Shown one piece after another: positions 1-11,843 of a stretch of DNA of 64,000 nt. Under the pieces are notes generated by a model that ran no database searches, had not been told where the DNA came from, and saw only the letters and a list, made by a program, of their open reading frames with translations. The stretch spans positions 75,516,001 through 75,580,000 of the forward strand of contig OX597824.1 of assembly GCA_951406725.2 (NCBI GenBank), given 5' to 3'. Every line of letters starts with the position of its first letter. The first letter of the stretch is position 1. This DNA comes from Octopus vulgaris. Lineage: Eukaryota. A program made the position numbers and the translations under genes.

Positions 1-207
1 TGTCCCTTTTGTGTTTAGCTCCTTGTGGGTAGTAAAGAAATAGGTATTTCGTCTGCCGCTACGTTCTGAGTTCAAATTCCGCCAAGGTTGACTTCGCCTT
101 TCATCCTTTCGGGGTCGATAAATCAAGTACCAGTTGCGTACTGGGGTCGATCTAATCGACTGACCTCTTCCCCAAAAATTTCGGGCCTTGTGCCTAGAGT
201 AGAAAAG
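1..207 (+). mobile_element. SINE family A (tRNA head + Deu/Nin-like domain), 3' part of a compound copy
   Basis: B-box GAGTTCAAATTCC and GCCTTTCATCCTTTCGGGGTCGATAAA..AAGTACCAG, shared with >15 copies in the window. Confidence 0.85.
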
Positions 208-526
208 GATTCTTGACAATAGGTGTCTCTGGACGTTCAGCTCTTCTGGTGTGGCAGCGTTTGTTACCTTCTTTCTAGCATATTCTGCTCAATCTGCGAA
301 AGATCCACATCTGAAAGTCTTCTATCGTTTTCTCCATTGTTCTGTACACTGAACATGTTTCTGCATCGTAGAAGGCAACTAGCACAACATAAGACTTTTA
401 CTTGCCAACAGTATTATATTTTTTGTGGAGAAAAAGACAAGAAAATTACGCATTTTATTTAAATGCCATGAATAAAAGTTGATTAATTAAACTTATAATA
501 CTTTAAATTGCTTATTAGTTCGGATT

Positions 527-770
527 GTGGAGGCGCGTGGCTAAGTGGTCAGGGTGTCAGCATCATGATCGTAAGATTGTGGTTTCGATTCCTGGACCGG
601 GCGACACGTTGTGTTCTTGAGCAAAACACTTCATTTCACGTTGCTCCAGTCCCCTCAGCTGGCAAAAATGAGTAACGTCCCGTCCAGCTGGGGAACACAT
701 ACGCCTTTGAAACCGGGAAACCGGGCCCATGAGCCTGGCTAGGCTTTAAAAGGGGCACTTATTTATTTTA
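527..770 (+). mobile_element. SINE family B (tRNA head, V-domain-like tail)
   Basis: A box TGGCTAAGTGG, B box GTTTCGATTCC, (ATTT)n tail, TSD TTATTAGTTCGG at 512-523 and 771-782; homologue at 23111-23359. Confidence 0.85.
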
Positions 771-1100
771 TTATTAGTTCGGTTTAAATTTAGGGTAACA
801 ATTATTTCTCACTATATTGTGACCCTCTCGTATGTATATAATTCAGTGACGTTTTTCTTGGACTTTTTCTCCATCGTTTCGTAATTGGATCTATTCTTTT
901 TGTTTCAGTTTGAAATCTGAGATTTCTAAATGGCCATTGGCATTATATTTATGGTTTCGACCGCATTAGGAGCAATATTTATTGGCTAGTATTTTGTTTA
1001 ACACCAGGTCAGCCCTGGCGAAATAGACTTTTAATCAAATCCTTTCCCGTCATGACTGTCCCGTCCTTCTCTTGTATATTTCATATCTATGACTACATTA

Positions 1101-1696
1101 TTCAATATGTCTGCTTTTCAAGGTACATTATTCAATGTGTCCGCTTTTCAAGGTACATTATTGAATGTGTCCGCTTTTCAAGGTACATTATTCAATGTGT
1201 CCGCTTTTCAAGGTACATTATTCAATGTGTCCGCTTTTCAAGGTACATTATTGAATGTGTCCGCTTTTCAAGGTACATTATTGAATGTGTCCGCTTTTCA
1301 AGGTACATTATTGAATGTGTCCGCTTTTCAAGGTACATTATTGAATGTGTCCGCTTTTCAAGGTACATTATTGAATGTGTCCGCTTTTCAAGGTACATTA
1401 TTGAATGTGTCCGCTTTTCAAGGTACATTATTGAATGTGTCCGCTTTTCAAGGTACATTATTGAATGTGTCCGCTTTTCAAGGTACATTATTCAATGTGT
1501 CCGCTTTTCAAGGTACATTATTCAGTGCGTTCGCTTTTCAAGGTACATTATTCAGTGCGTTCGCTTTTCAAGGTACATTATTGAATGTGTCCACTTTTCA
1601 AGGTAAATTTTTCAATGTGTCCGCTTTTCAAGGTACATTATTCAGTGCGTTCGCTTTTCAAGGTACATTATTCAATGTGTCCGCTTTTCAAGGTAC
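1101..1696. repeat. 30-bp minisatellite, ~20 copies
   Basis: Unit TT(C/G)AATGTGTCCGCTTTTCAAGGTACATTA in head-to-tail array. Confidence 0.97.
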
Positions 1697-2531
1697 TAAA
1701 GTGTCATTTGAGGTAAATTTTGTTGACATTTCTAGCAAGCCGAAATGACTACGTTGAGGCTCCGTCGAATTCCAGCCATGACATTTCCATTTTTTAAGCA
1801 TATCCAGGATTATTTTATGTCATTTCCGTGTTTAAAATTACAGTGTTTGGTTTGTGAGAGATTTAGCTACCATTTCTACCAAGCCAAATTACCGCATAGA
1901 GGCTTTATCATTGTTGTGTGCACAAATAGTAGGTGGCCATACCATCATCGATAACTATACAGATATCAAATAAATAAATAAATAAATAAATAATTGAAAC
2001 CCCTCCTAAATACACCCTAAAGTTTCAACTATAAATTTTCAAACGATTTTGCAACGTAAATATTATCCATCTTTCAGAATGTTGTAAAAGAAATACTTAA
2101 AATTCCATGAAATTATACCGGAAAAATATTTATGCGCCAAAATACCAATAACATCTTCCCAATTAAAAGTGTCATCCATTTTCAAAGAATGCTTCTAAAG
2201 ACACAATTAGAATTCCATCAAGGCACAATAAAAAAAATCTCTCATCAGTCGAACTAATGGATTCTTTTGAAAAATCCCATTTTACAATACAATCCCAGTT
2301 TCACAAAGAGTAATCACATTCCAAAAGATTATTGCACTATTCCATCACACACATGCACACAATCATATACAGACATACTCATAATCATACACACACACTG
2401 CAAGCTTAGAATAACTACATATAGAATATTGAAAACTCCGCTAATTGATTCTTCAACATTTTCCTTTTTTTTTCTTTACCTTTTGCGTTCTCACAACTCT
2501 TCATCTATTTAGTCGGTTCCATTTTCCAGCA

Positions 2532-2633
2532 CTACTCTCCGACGAACAGTTCTGATCAAATAGTTAAGATTTCCCTCTTCCTTGGAAAAAAATCAATTTA
2601 TTTCATTTTTGAACGGTTGAAACTACGTAAGTA
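2532..2633 (+). ncRNA. Hammerhead ribozyme-like motif with long stem II (degenerate)
   Basis: CCGACGA 2539-45; stem II ACAGTTC/GAACGGT; GAAA 2619-22; stem III C-TAC-G; GTA triplet; weak stem I (TACT/AGTA). Confidence 0.5.
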
Positions 2634-3087
2634 AATTGTTAAAATAAATTATTAATCTGACGAACATCAACAATCTAATTAGAAATAGTTACGTGAAGAA
2701 AAACAACACTATTTCAATAATTATCATTTTTTTAATCATTTCGGAAAGGAAGCAGAAAAACTCCGGACATGTATTGGTCTTGTTAGACTTTTTTTTTAGC
2801 GATGTATAAGCGGTAACCGTACATACTGAAATAGTGGTAAGAGAACTAGGAAATAGATGTACGATAATGTACCGAATTGGCGTAAAAATATTAGCATATT
2901 TTAAATATATAAATCATCGAGATTAATTACTCAGAGATGCCATCTGCTTGAAAAACGATAGTTAAGTTGGTCTTAACATTCTTGATATTGTGCGTATAAA
3001 AAAATTAGAAATTCTTCTTGCGGCTAGAAAAAGGCAGCATTAGTTCAATAAGTAATATTTTAATTTTTTCAGTTTAAACAATAGACA

Positions 3088-3130
3088 ACTCGGAAGATGT
3101 TTCGGTCCGATCAGAGCTCTTCAACGAAGC
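3088..3130 (-). ncRNA. Degenerate minimal hammerhead-like motif
   Basis: Minus strand: TTCG-TTGAAGA-GCTCTGATCGGACC-GAAA-CATCT-TC-CGAG; several core/stem substitutions. Confidence 0.35.
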
Positions 3131-3597
3131 ATAGACTTTGCCGTACATTATTTCCCATTCTGAGTAAGCTCCCCTTTGGGAACTGCTTTACTTTTCATCC
3201 TTCCTGGGTTGACTTTGTATTTCAGTTTTTCAGATTTTTGTCTTCTGAAGTTAATATAGTCCAGTAATATTCTCAGTCTCCATAGCAACTTATAAATTCT
3301 GGAATACTTAATGTTTCATTGAATTTCAAGAAATTCGTATGCACTGGTTTAGTATTTCAGTCAGAAATGGCGGAAGCCCTTGATACTTGATACTTTTTAT
3401 TCAGATTATAAAGTTTTCAATACGTAGGCTGGGACCACGTTTGGACGTCATTGCATTTTCTTTTCCCTCTTTTCCTTTACATCGTGCATCAATAATTTGC
3501 TTTCATATGTTCTAATATGATTTAATATTTATTCTTATTAGTTAACATTCCCATTTAAGTGTAGTTTGTTTTTCAGTGACGTTTCAATAAACTCTCT

Positions 3598-3822
3598 GAG
3601 CTGGCAGAAACGTTAGCGCGCCGGGCGAAATGCCTAGCGGTATTTCGTCTGCTGTTACGTTCTGAGTTCAAATTCCGCCGAGGTCGACTTTGCCTTTCAT
3701 CCTTTCGGGGTCGATTAAATAAGTACCAGTTACGCACTGGGGTCGACGTAATCGACTTAATCCGTTTGTCTGTCCTTGTTTGTCCTCTCTGTGTTTAGCC
3801 CCTTGTGGATAGTAAAGAAATA
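3598..3822 (+). mobile_element. SINE family A, near full length
   Basis: GAGCTGGCAGAAACGTTAG head through TTTAGCCCCTTGTGG..AAAGAAATAG tail. Confidence 0.9.
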
Positions 3823-3895
3823 GGGATTTGTTTCAAATATGTAATATTGAAGACAAAGTGCACACTATTTTCTAAATCGTCTTATCTAGCACCCT

Positions 3896-3938
<43 letters not shown>

Positions 3939-4021
3939 TACAAACATACACACACAAACACACACACACACACTCCAACCGCGAGTTCGCTGCCCTAATC
4001 TCTGGGCCATTGCGCCTCCAC

Positions 4022-4270
4022 TCTTCCATGGGTGCAAGTAAGTATTTCATTTATTTCTTAACGTATTTACCGCTGATGACGAGAAAATTCTTTATGAATT
4101 AACTCAGAAATCGGACCGATTTCTGATAATAATGGAATTTTGTAGAATTATCTGTCAGCGTGCTTCGAGACGTGTGTTTGTAGTGATGAATTATATGTGG
4201 TTATTGATGATTTAAAGTCTATTCTCGGCATATTTGGCATTGGAATTTTTTTGTTTTGTCCTTATTTAGA
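4022..4270 (+). mobile_element. HHR-bearing non-coding PLE/retrozyme-like element (same family as 22734-23065)
   Basis: Colinear similarity with 22815-23060; GTAAGT 4038-43; CTGATGA 4073-79, GAAA 4107-10, palindromic stem III TCGGACCGA. Confidence 0.65.
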
Positions 4271-4478
4271 AGTTTTTTACATACTGTTTTACTTGATTCA
4301 ATCATTTGACTGTGGAGCATGCGTGTGTGTGTATGTGTACACAACTTCATCCTCATATACACATAGGTGTTTGTATGCATAGACATAACACAATACATAT
4401 ATATTTAGACATTTATACATATAAATATACGTATATATATAAATGTATACATATAAATATATATACATACATATATAT

Positions 4479-4514
<36 letters not shown>

Positions 4515-4522
<8 letters not shown>

Positions 4523-4745
4523 TTGTGTGTCTGTGTTGGTGTGTCTGTGTTTGTCCCCCAACCCCAACATTGCTTGACAACCGATGCTGGTGTGTTTACA
4601 TGTCCGCGTAACTTAGCGGTTCGGCAAAAGAGACCGATAGAATAAGTACTAGGCTTACAAAGAATAAGTCCTGGGGTCGATTTCTTCGACTAAAGGCGGT
4701 GCTCCAGCATGGCCACAGTCGAATGACTGAAACAAGTAAAAGAGA
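4515..4745 (+). mobile_element. SINE family C, 3' half
   Basis: GCTTGACAACCGATGCTGG..GGCGGTGCTCCAGCATGGCC..GACTGAAACAAGTAAAAGAG. Confidence 0.85.
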
Positions 4746-5442
4746 CAGACAGACGCGCACACACAGACAGATAAAATAAAAAATTTTAAAAAAACAAAAA
4801 AAACAAAAAAAACAAACAGACAGACAGACAGACAGACATGTAGACAAATAAACAGGCAAACAGAACGGTAAATTCTTGAGCAAATTCTCAATGTCACCTT
4901 GATTATGTTTTGACGAATTAAAATTTACATTCGCTACGAGCTAATTACATTCAGCCATCATCTGAAGGAGACTGACTGATCAACGAGCAGAACAGACGAG
5001 AGAACATTAGAATAACGGAATAAACGAACAACAAAATAAATGAATAAAGCGTCTCGAGTTCTTGGAGAGTCAGTGTTAAAATGGAAGCACTCTAAATGAA
5101 AATAATTAATGGATTTCTACTAAATGGAAGTGGTGGGGGAAAGCAAAGAAAAAGTATGTCTTCTCTTTTAAGGACATTTTTATACTTTTATACGTGGTTA
5201 TATGTTATTATATGTTTTGTGTATGTGATTATGGTATAAAATAATATAATAAAATGTAATGCAATACAAGGACTGTGCAGAATGTCAGAGAAATGCTCTG
5301 CATAGAAATCAAATAGTAAGGTCGGTGGTAACTTACACGAACGAACTAATCTGTAATGGGGAAAAGAGAATTATTTGCTCAAAGATTAATTCTTTGGTAT
5401 TATACGTATGATCATGTATAGAAATGTATGATGATGATGATG

Positions 5443-5497
<55 letters not shown>

Positions 5498-5520
5498 TAA
5501 TAACAGTAATAATAGTAATT

Positions 5521-5565
<45 letters not shown>

Positions 5566-5591
5566 GTAATAATAATAATAATAATAATAAT

Positions 5592-5636
<45 letters not shown>
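5443..5636. repeat. (AAT)n microsatellite
   Basis: Direct reading. Confidence 0.97.
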
Positions 5637-5639
<3 letters not shown>

Positions 5640-5982
5640 GTTGTCATAGGTGCCCAGGGAATGATAGCAAAAGGGGCTGATTGCTACCTAGCTCAGATAC
5701 CAGGAAACCCCAAAATGGCAGAAATTCAAAAGATAGTTCTCATGGGAACCGCTCATATCCTACGCAAAATACTTTCTATGTAATCTTAAGTTTTAAAACA
5801 AACATAATTTTCTCATGTTTTTTTTTTATAAAAACATTCTCTAGAACAACACTATGTACAAAACTAAATATATGGCACCCTAGGCATAACACCAACATGA
5901 ATTTCCAACTTGTTGTCTCTTGAGATCTCTGGGTGAGACGTGGAGCCAACTTGTACAAATGTAAAGCAAAAGTCAAACATAA
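5637..5982 (+). mobile_element. R4/Dong-clade non-LTR retrotransposon 3' end (RLE C-terminus + 3'UTR)
   Basis: Peptide VVIGAQGMIAK..IQKIVLMGTAHILRKIL* resembles the C-terminus of RLE-bearing R4/Dong ORFs; (AAT)n on both sides. Confidence 0.75.
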
Positions 5983-6035
<53 letters not shown>

Positions 6036-6037
<2 letters not shown>

Positions 6038-6591
6038 GCCCTGATGCAGTACCAGGCAGTGGCTCTCATGGCTTCTGATCTTAACTGATTGGAAGTGTTA
6101 TCATGTACATTGTTTTGTCTTGGTATAAAAGATGGGCTACAGCAAATATTCTGCTCAATACCACAGATTTGCTTGTCAGTTGTTTGACCTTAACCAGTTG
6201 AGCATGTCCCTTAGTGGCTGACGATATGTGCATCTCTGATCACGAGCAGAAGTAGTGGGGGAGCATCATAGCCATGTGTTGAGAGGGATTCTTTGGGGTT
6301 TGAATAATTCACCTCTGGAAACATGGGTGGTTCTTTCAACATCCTTAAACAACCCTTATTCAGGGACCTTTTGAGCGGGATGGGCTACTCAACCTGAAGA
6401 AAATTCTAACTGGGCCCCACCTGCAAGGTTATGTGCTGTTTATCTTGATATGAGATCACCATGTCGCGCACATATGATTGTGATGCATGTGCCTGGTGTA
6501 CCTTTATCAGACGGGTAGTCATGATGGGTATATTGGGCTTCGTATATTTTACCCCAGTGTCACTTTGATGGCATGCACTGCTCTCTCACTC
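6036..6591 (+). mobile_element. Family E: non-coding retroposon 3' region ending in (AAT)n
   Basis: Same 3' end CTCTCTCA(C/T)TC(AAT)n as copies 6623-6751 and 51536-51884; variable 5' truncation. Confidence 0.8.
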
Positions 6592-6622
<31 letters not shown>

Positions 6623-6751
6623 GTCGCGCACACATGGTTTTGGTGCATGTGCCTAGTGTACCCTTATCAGACGGGTAGTCATGATGGGTATACTAGGCTT
6701 CGTATATTTTACCCCAGTGTCACTTTGATGGCATGCACTGCTCTCTCATTC
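6623..6751 (+). mobile_element. Family E, strongly 5'-truncated copy
   Basis: Near-identical to 6463-6591, flanked by (AAT)n. Confidence 0.8.
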
Positions 6752-6797
<46 letters not shown>

Positions 6798-6798
6798 T

Positions 6799-7510
6799 TA
6801 CGAAGTGTGCGGTGCTCATTTTGAAACGAAGGAAAAGAGGAGATTGTAGGGGCATAGAATTGCCCAACAGAGAGAGAATGGAAGACCCAAATGATGATGG
6901 GTACGAGTACCTTGGAATCCTAGAGCTGGACAATATTATGTACAGTAAAATGAAAGACAACGTCATCACTGCATATTTGAAGCGCCTCAAACTTCTCTTG
7001 AAATCAAGACTAAACTCGTAGAACCTTATGGCTGCCATCAACATATGAGCTGTTGCTGTAGTCCGCTATAGTACACCCATACTGAAATGGATACCAGCGG
7101 AGACTAACCAACTCGATCGCACTACCCGAAAGACAATGACAATGCATGGTGCCCTCCACCCTAAGGCGAATGTACACAAACTCAACATGAAGAAGGGGAA
7201 AGGTGGATGTGGGCTGATTAGCGTACGTGATTGCTAAAAAAGTGTAAAAAGAAACATGGCAGAATATTTGGTAAACAGCAAACAAAATCTGTTACAGTAT
7301 GCTGCTAATGCAGTAGGATTGACTAAAAATGGGCTTGAGAGCATTCCGATCACGAATAGCCAACGAAAGAGAAGAGACGCTACTCCACATGGAATTACAT
7401 GGTCAGTTCCACTCTGAAACTAACAACTTAGAAGACCAGGAAGTATCATGGAGGTGGCTCAGCAAGGGTGACCTAAAAAAGAATACTGAAAGCCTAGTCA
7501 TCGCAGCCCA
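6799..7510 (+). mobile_element. R4/Dong-clade reverse transcriptase C-terminal fragment (stops/frameshifts)
   Basis: KCAVLILKR..GYEYLGILE..LLKSRLNS*NLMAAIN..HGALHPKANV..GGCGLISV..LHGQF..SWRWLSKGDLKKNTESLVIAAQ. Confidence 0.85.
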
Positions 7511-8210
7511 ATTTTGGCGCAAGGCCAGCAATTTCGGGAGAGGGGTAAGTCGATTACATTGATGCCCTTGCTCAGCTGGTACTAATATCGACCCTGAAAT
7601 GATAAAATGCAAAGACGACCTCGGCGAAATTTGAACTCAGATGGTGCAGACGAACGAAATGCTGGTAAGCATTTTGCCTGGCGGGCTAACGATTCTGAAA
7701 GCTCATCGTCTACACGTATTATACGTCGTATAATAATCCTTTCTACTATAGGAACAAGGCCTGAAATTTTGCGGGAGGGGGCTAGTCGATTATATCGACC
7801 CTAGTGCGTAACTGATAGTATGAAAGGTGCACAAGGCAAGCAATTTCGGAGTGGGGCGGGTAAGCCGATTACATCGATCCCAGTGCTCAGTTGGTACTTA
7901 TTTTATCGACCTCGAAAGGATGAAAGGAAAAGTTGACCTCGGCAGAATTTGAACTCAGAACGTAGCGGCAGACGAAATACCGCTAAGCATTTCGCCCGGC
8001 GTGCTAACGATTCTACCAGCTCGCCGCTTAAGTATACGTACAATAATCCTTTTTACTATAGGGACAAGGCCTGAAATTTTGAGGGAGGAGGCCAATCGAT
8101 TATATCGACTCCAGTGTGTAACTGGTACATATTTCATCAACCCCGAAAAGATGAAAGGCAAAGATGACCTCGGCGGAATTTGAACTCAGAAGGTGCAGAC
8201 GGACGAAATG
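7511..8210 (-). mobile_element. Cluster of 3-4 degenerate SINE A fragments
   Basis: Repeated GACCTCGGCGGAATTTGAACTCAGA and ACAAGGCCTGAAATTTT segments. Confidence 0.75.
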
Positions 8211-8384
8211 TTATATTGTTAGTTGATAAATCTGCTTCCGTGGAATTCGATGGCCAGAACGTAAAAGTACTTTTTATTTTATGATGGGCAGCGGATTCGG
8301 TATAGTATGGGACCCAATACTTTGCGGTTTTGGGGTGCGACGCTTTACGAAATTTTCCCGATCTCTCGTACACAAACTATATAA

Positions 8385-8624
8385 ATGTGGGGGTGTCAGA
8401 TAAATTGGTTCGTTTTTTTTTATTTAACATTGCAACATCATATAAGAGGTAAAATGTATTCAAATTTCAAAAACGATAAACAAATGTTGCACAGGAAGAA
8501 CAGAGCTACAAAACTAAATAAGTAAAACACTACGATAAAAATATTTTCGTGCTAATTCAAATTACACCGGAATGAATTGAAAATCAATGGAAAGCAAAAG
8601 CACGAACAAATTTGACAACCCAAT
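8385..8624. mobile_element. Degenerate mariner-type MITE
   Basis: Right end reads TATTGGGTTGTCAAATTTGTTCGTGC on the minus strand (similar to the TIR at 54900); left end TGTGGGGGTGTCAGATAAATTGGTTCG is an imperfect match. Confidence 0.4.
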
Positions 8625-8643
8625 ATAATAATGATAACGGCCT

Positions 8644-10485
8644 TATATAAATATAAAACAAGATATAACTGGAAAACTGTCTTGATATAAATAACGTTAA
8701 GACTTTTCTATGATACAAAGGTGGCGAGCTGGCAGAAACGTTAGCGCGCCGGGCGAAATACTTAGCGGTATTTTGGCTGTCGTTACGTTCTGAGTTCAAA
8801 TTCCGCCGAGATCGACTTTACCTTTCATCCTTTCGGGGTCGATAAATAAAGTACCAGTTTTGCACTGGGGTCGATGTAATCGACTTAATCCCTTTGTCTG
8901 TCCTTGTTTGTCCCCTCTATGTTTAGCCCCTTGTGGGCAATAAAGAAATATATATAAATATAAAACAAGATATAACTGGAAAACTGTCTTGATATAAATA
9001 ACGTTAAGACTTTTCTATGATACAAAGGTGGCGAGCTGGCAAGAACGTTAGCACGCCGGGTGAAATGCTTCTCAGTATTTCGTCTACCGCTACGTTCTGA
9101 GTTCAAATTCCGCCGACGTCGACTTTGCCTTTTATCCTTTCGGGGTCAATTAAATAAAGTACCAGTTTTGCACTGGGGTCGATGTAATCGACTTAATCCC
9201 TTTGTCTGTCCTTGTTTGTCCCCTCTATGTTTAGCCCCTTGTGAGCAATAAAGAAATATATATAAATATAAAACAAGATATAACTGGAAAACTGTCTTGA
9301 TATAAATAACGTTAAGACTTTTCTATGATACAAAAGTGGCGAGCTGGCAGAAACGTTAGCGCGCCGGGCGAAATACTTAGCGGTATTTTGGCTGTCGTTA
9401 CGTTCTGAGTTCAAATTCCGCCGAGGTCGACTTTACCTTTCATCCTTTCGGGGGTCGATAAATAAAGTACCAGTTTTGCACTGGGGTCGATGTAATCGAC
9501 TTAATCCCTTTGTCTGTCCTTGTTTGTCCCCTCTATGTTTAGCCCCTTGTGGGCAATAAAGAAATATATATAAATATAAAACAAGATATAACTGGAAAAC
9601 TGTCTTGATATAAATAACGTTAAGACTTTTCTATGATACAAAGGTGGCGAGCTGGCAAGAACGTTAGCACGCCGGGTGAAATGCTTCTCAGTATTTCGTC
9701 TACCGCTACGTTCTGAGTTCAAATTCCGCCGAGGTCGACTTTGCCTTTTATCCTTTCGGGGTCAATTAAATAAAGTACCAGTTTTGCACTGGGGTCGATG
9801 TAATCGACTTAATCCCTTTATCTGTCCTTGTTTGTCCCCTCTATGTTTAGCCCCTTGTGAGCAATAAAGAAATATATATAAATATAAAACAAGATATAAC
9901 TGGAAAACTGTCTTGATATAAATAACGTTAAGACTTTTCTATGATACAAAAGTGGCGAGCTGGCAGAAACGTTAGCGCGCCGGGCGAAATACTTAGCGGT
10001 ATTTTGGCTGTCGTTACGTTCTGAGTTCAAATTCCGCCGAGGTCGACTTTACCTTTCATCCTTTCGGGGGTCGATAAATAAAGTACCAGTTTTGCACTGG
10101 GGTCGATGTAATCGACTTAATCCCTTTGTCTGTCCTTGTTTGTCCCCTCTATGTTTAGCCCCTTGTGGGCAATAAAGAAATATATATAAATATAAAACAA
10201 GATATAACTGGAAAACTGTCTTGATATAAATAACGTTAAGACTTTTCTATGATACAAAGGTGGCGAACTGGCAGAAACGTTAGCACGCCGGGTGAAATGC
10301 TTCTCAGTATTTCGTCTACCGTTACGTTCTGAGTTCAAATTCCGCCGAGGTCGACTTTGCCTTTTATCCTTTCGGGGTCAATTAAATAAGTATCAGTTAC
10401 GCACTGGCGTCGATATAATCGACTTAATCTCTTTGTCCTTGTTTGTCCTCTCTGTGTTTAGCCCCTTGTGGGTAGTAAAGAAATA
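8644..10485 (+). repeat. Tandem array of six ~308-bp units (SINE A + ~75-bp flank); two variants alternate, giving a 616-bp higher-order repeat
   Basis: Unit starts 8644, 8951, 9259, 9567, 9875, 10183; odd units GCGCGCCGGGCGAAATAC..TTGGCTGTCG, even units GCACGCCGGGTGAAATGCTTCTC..TCTACCG. Confidence 0.95.
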
Positions 10486-10855
10486 GGTATTTCGTCTGCC
10501 GTTACGTTCTGAGCTCAAATTCCGCCGAGGTCGACTTTGCCATTCATCCTTTCGGAGTCGATAAATTAAATACCGGTTACGCACAGGAGGCGATGTAATC
10601 GACTTAATCTCTTTGTCCTTGTTTGTCCCCTCTATGTTTTGCCCCTTGTGGACAATAAAGAAATAAGAATCGTTAGCACGCCGGACAAAATGCTTAGCAG
10701 AATTTCGTCTGTCTATACTGAGTTCAAAATTCCGCCGAGATTGACTTTGCCTTTGATCCTTTCGTCGGGTCGATAAAGTAAGTACCAGTTGAACACTGGG
10801 GTTGATGTAATCGACTTACCCCTCTTTTCAAAATTCCTATTTGAAACCAATATTA
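10486..10855 (+). mobile_element. Second and third modules of compound SINE A
   Basis: Restarts at GTATTTCGTCTGCCG, then at GAATCGTTAGCAC; same architecture at 47268-47850. Confidence 0.8.
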
Positions 10856-11777
10856 TATAAGACACTAGCATGAATTTATGAATGAAAAAGTTAGCAGCAA
10901 ACACACCGACTGAATAAACACAACACAATTGTTCATTCTGGATCTGCTAATCTGTAGTTCGAATATGGCTATGTAGTTAAAAAATTCTGTTCGTAACTTC
11001 AAGATTTATTATTTTTTTTTATCCTACTGTTCACACAGCTTTGGTTTGATCAAAGCTTTGTGAATGAAAATCCGTTGATAGAACCAAGAACAACTCTTGA
11101 AGGGCTTGTTCTTGTTCATGGACGATAGATTTAATCAATTACCTGGTTAAATACAGCCACCACTACTTGACCCTTCTGTGCCTTTAGCGGAGTTCATAGA
11201 AATTGCTCCAGTTGTCCGTCTGAGGATAATTTCATCTATTCTCCCCACTAGTCCCAGAGGCTCAAAACATAGTCAGTAGCATTGCCTTTCCTCTTCTGAT
11301 ACAGCTATTGAAAAAAAAAATACTATAAATCATCTGTCATACAGTTTCAAATTATATTTCGGAGATAAAATAGTGCAGTTAAAATAGCATGAAAAGCATA
11401 AAGGTTTTTTTTATGAGAGTTTGATACAACCAAAAGCTAATAACATTGATTTTTTTTTCTACAAAGATAAATCTGGTGGCGCAGCCATTTTGTTTCCATT
11501 GGGATTAAATTGGTTGTTACCTTTCAGTTATCCAAAAACGCGGAGTATTATTAAAGAATTAATTAATCCACGTTATATGAACATGTACTGTTTATCTTGT
11601 ATCTTTTATTTGTTTCAGTCATTGGACTGTGAACATGCTAGGGACACAGTCTTTAAAGGGTTCAGTCGAGCAAATGGACCCCAGCACTAAATTTTTTTAA
11701 GCCTAGCACTTATTAAGTTACAGGATTGTAAACTCACAACCACCGGTCGTTGAGCGGTGCTGAGGGAGAAACAGAAA

Positions 11778-11817
<40 letters not shown>

Positions 11818-11843
11818 TGTATGTGTGTGTATATATATATATA

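Noticed and set aside
527-600. tRNA genes (also 34975-35062 and other SINE heads)
   Set aside because: A/B boxes continue into SINE bodies; no complete cloverleaf
1052-1748. 184/219-aa repetitive ORFs and CRISPR-like periodicity
   Set aside because: Pure 30-bp tandem repeat without spacers or cas genes; ORFs arise because the unit is stop-free
2225-2255. Minus-strand CTGATGA (also 46860, and plus-strand 31657 and 59617)
   Set aside because: No convincing GAAA/stem III/stem I completion
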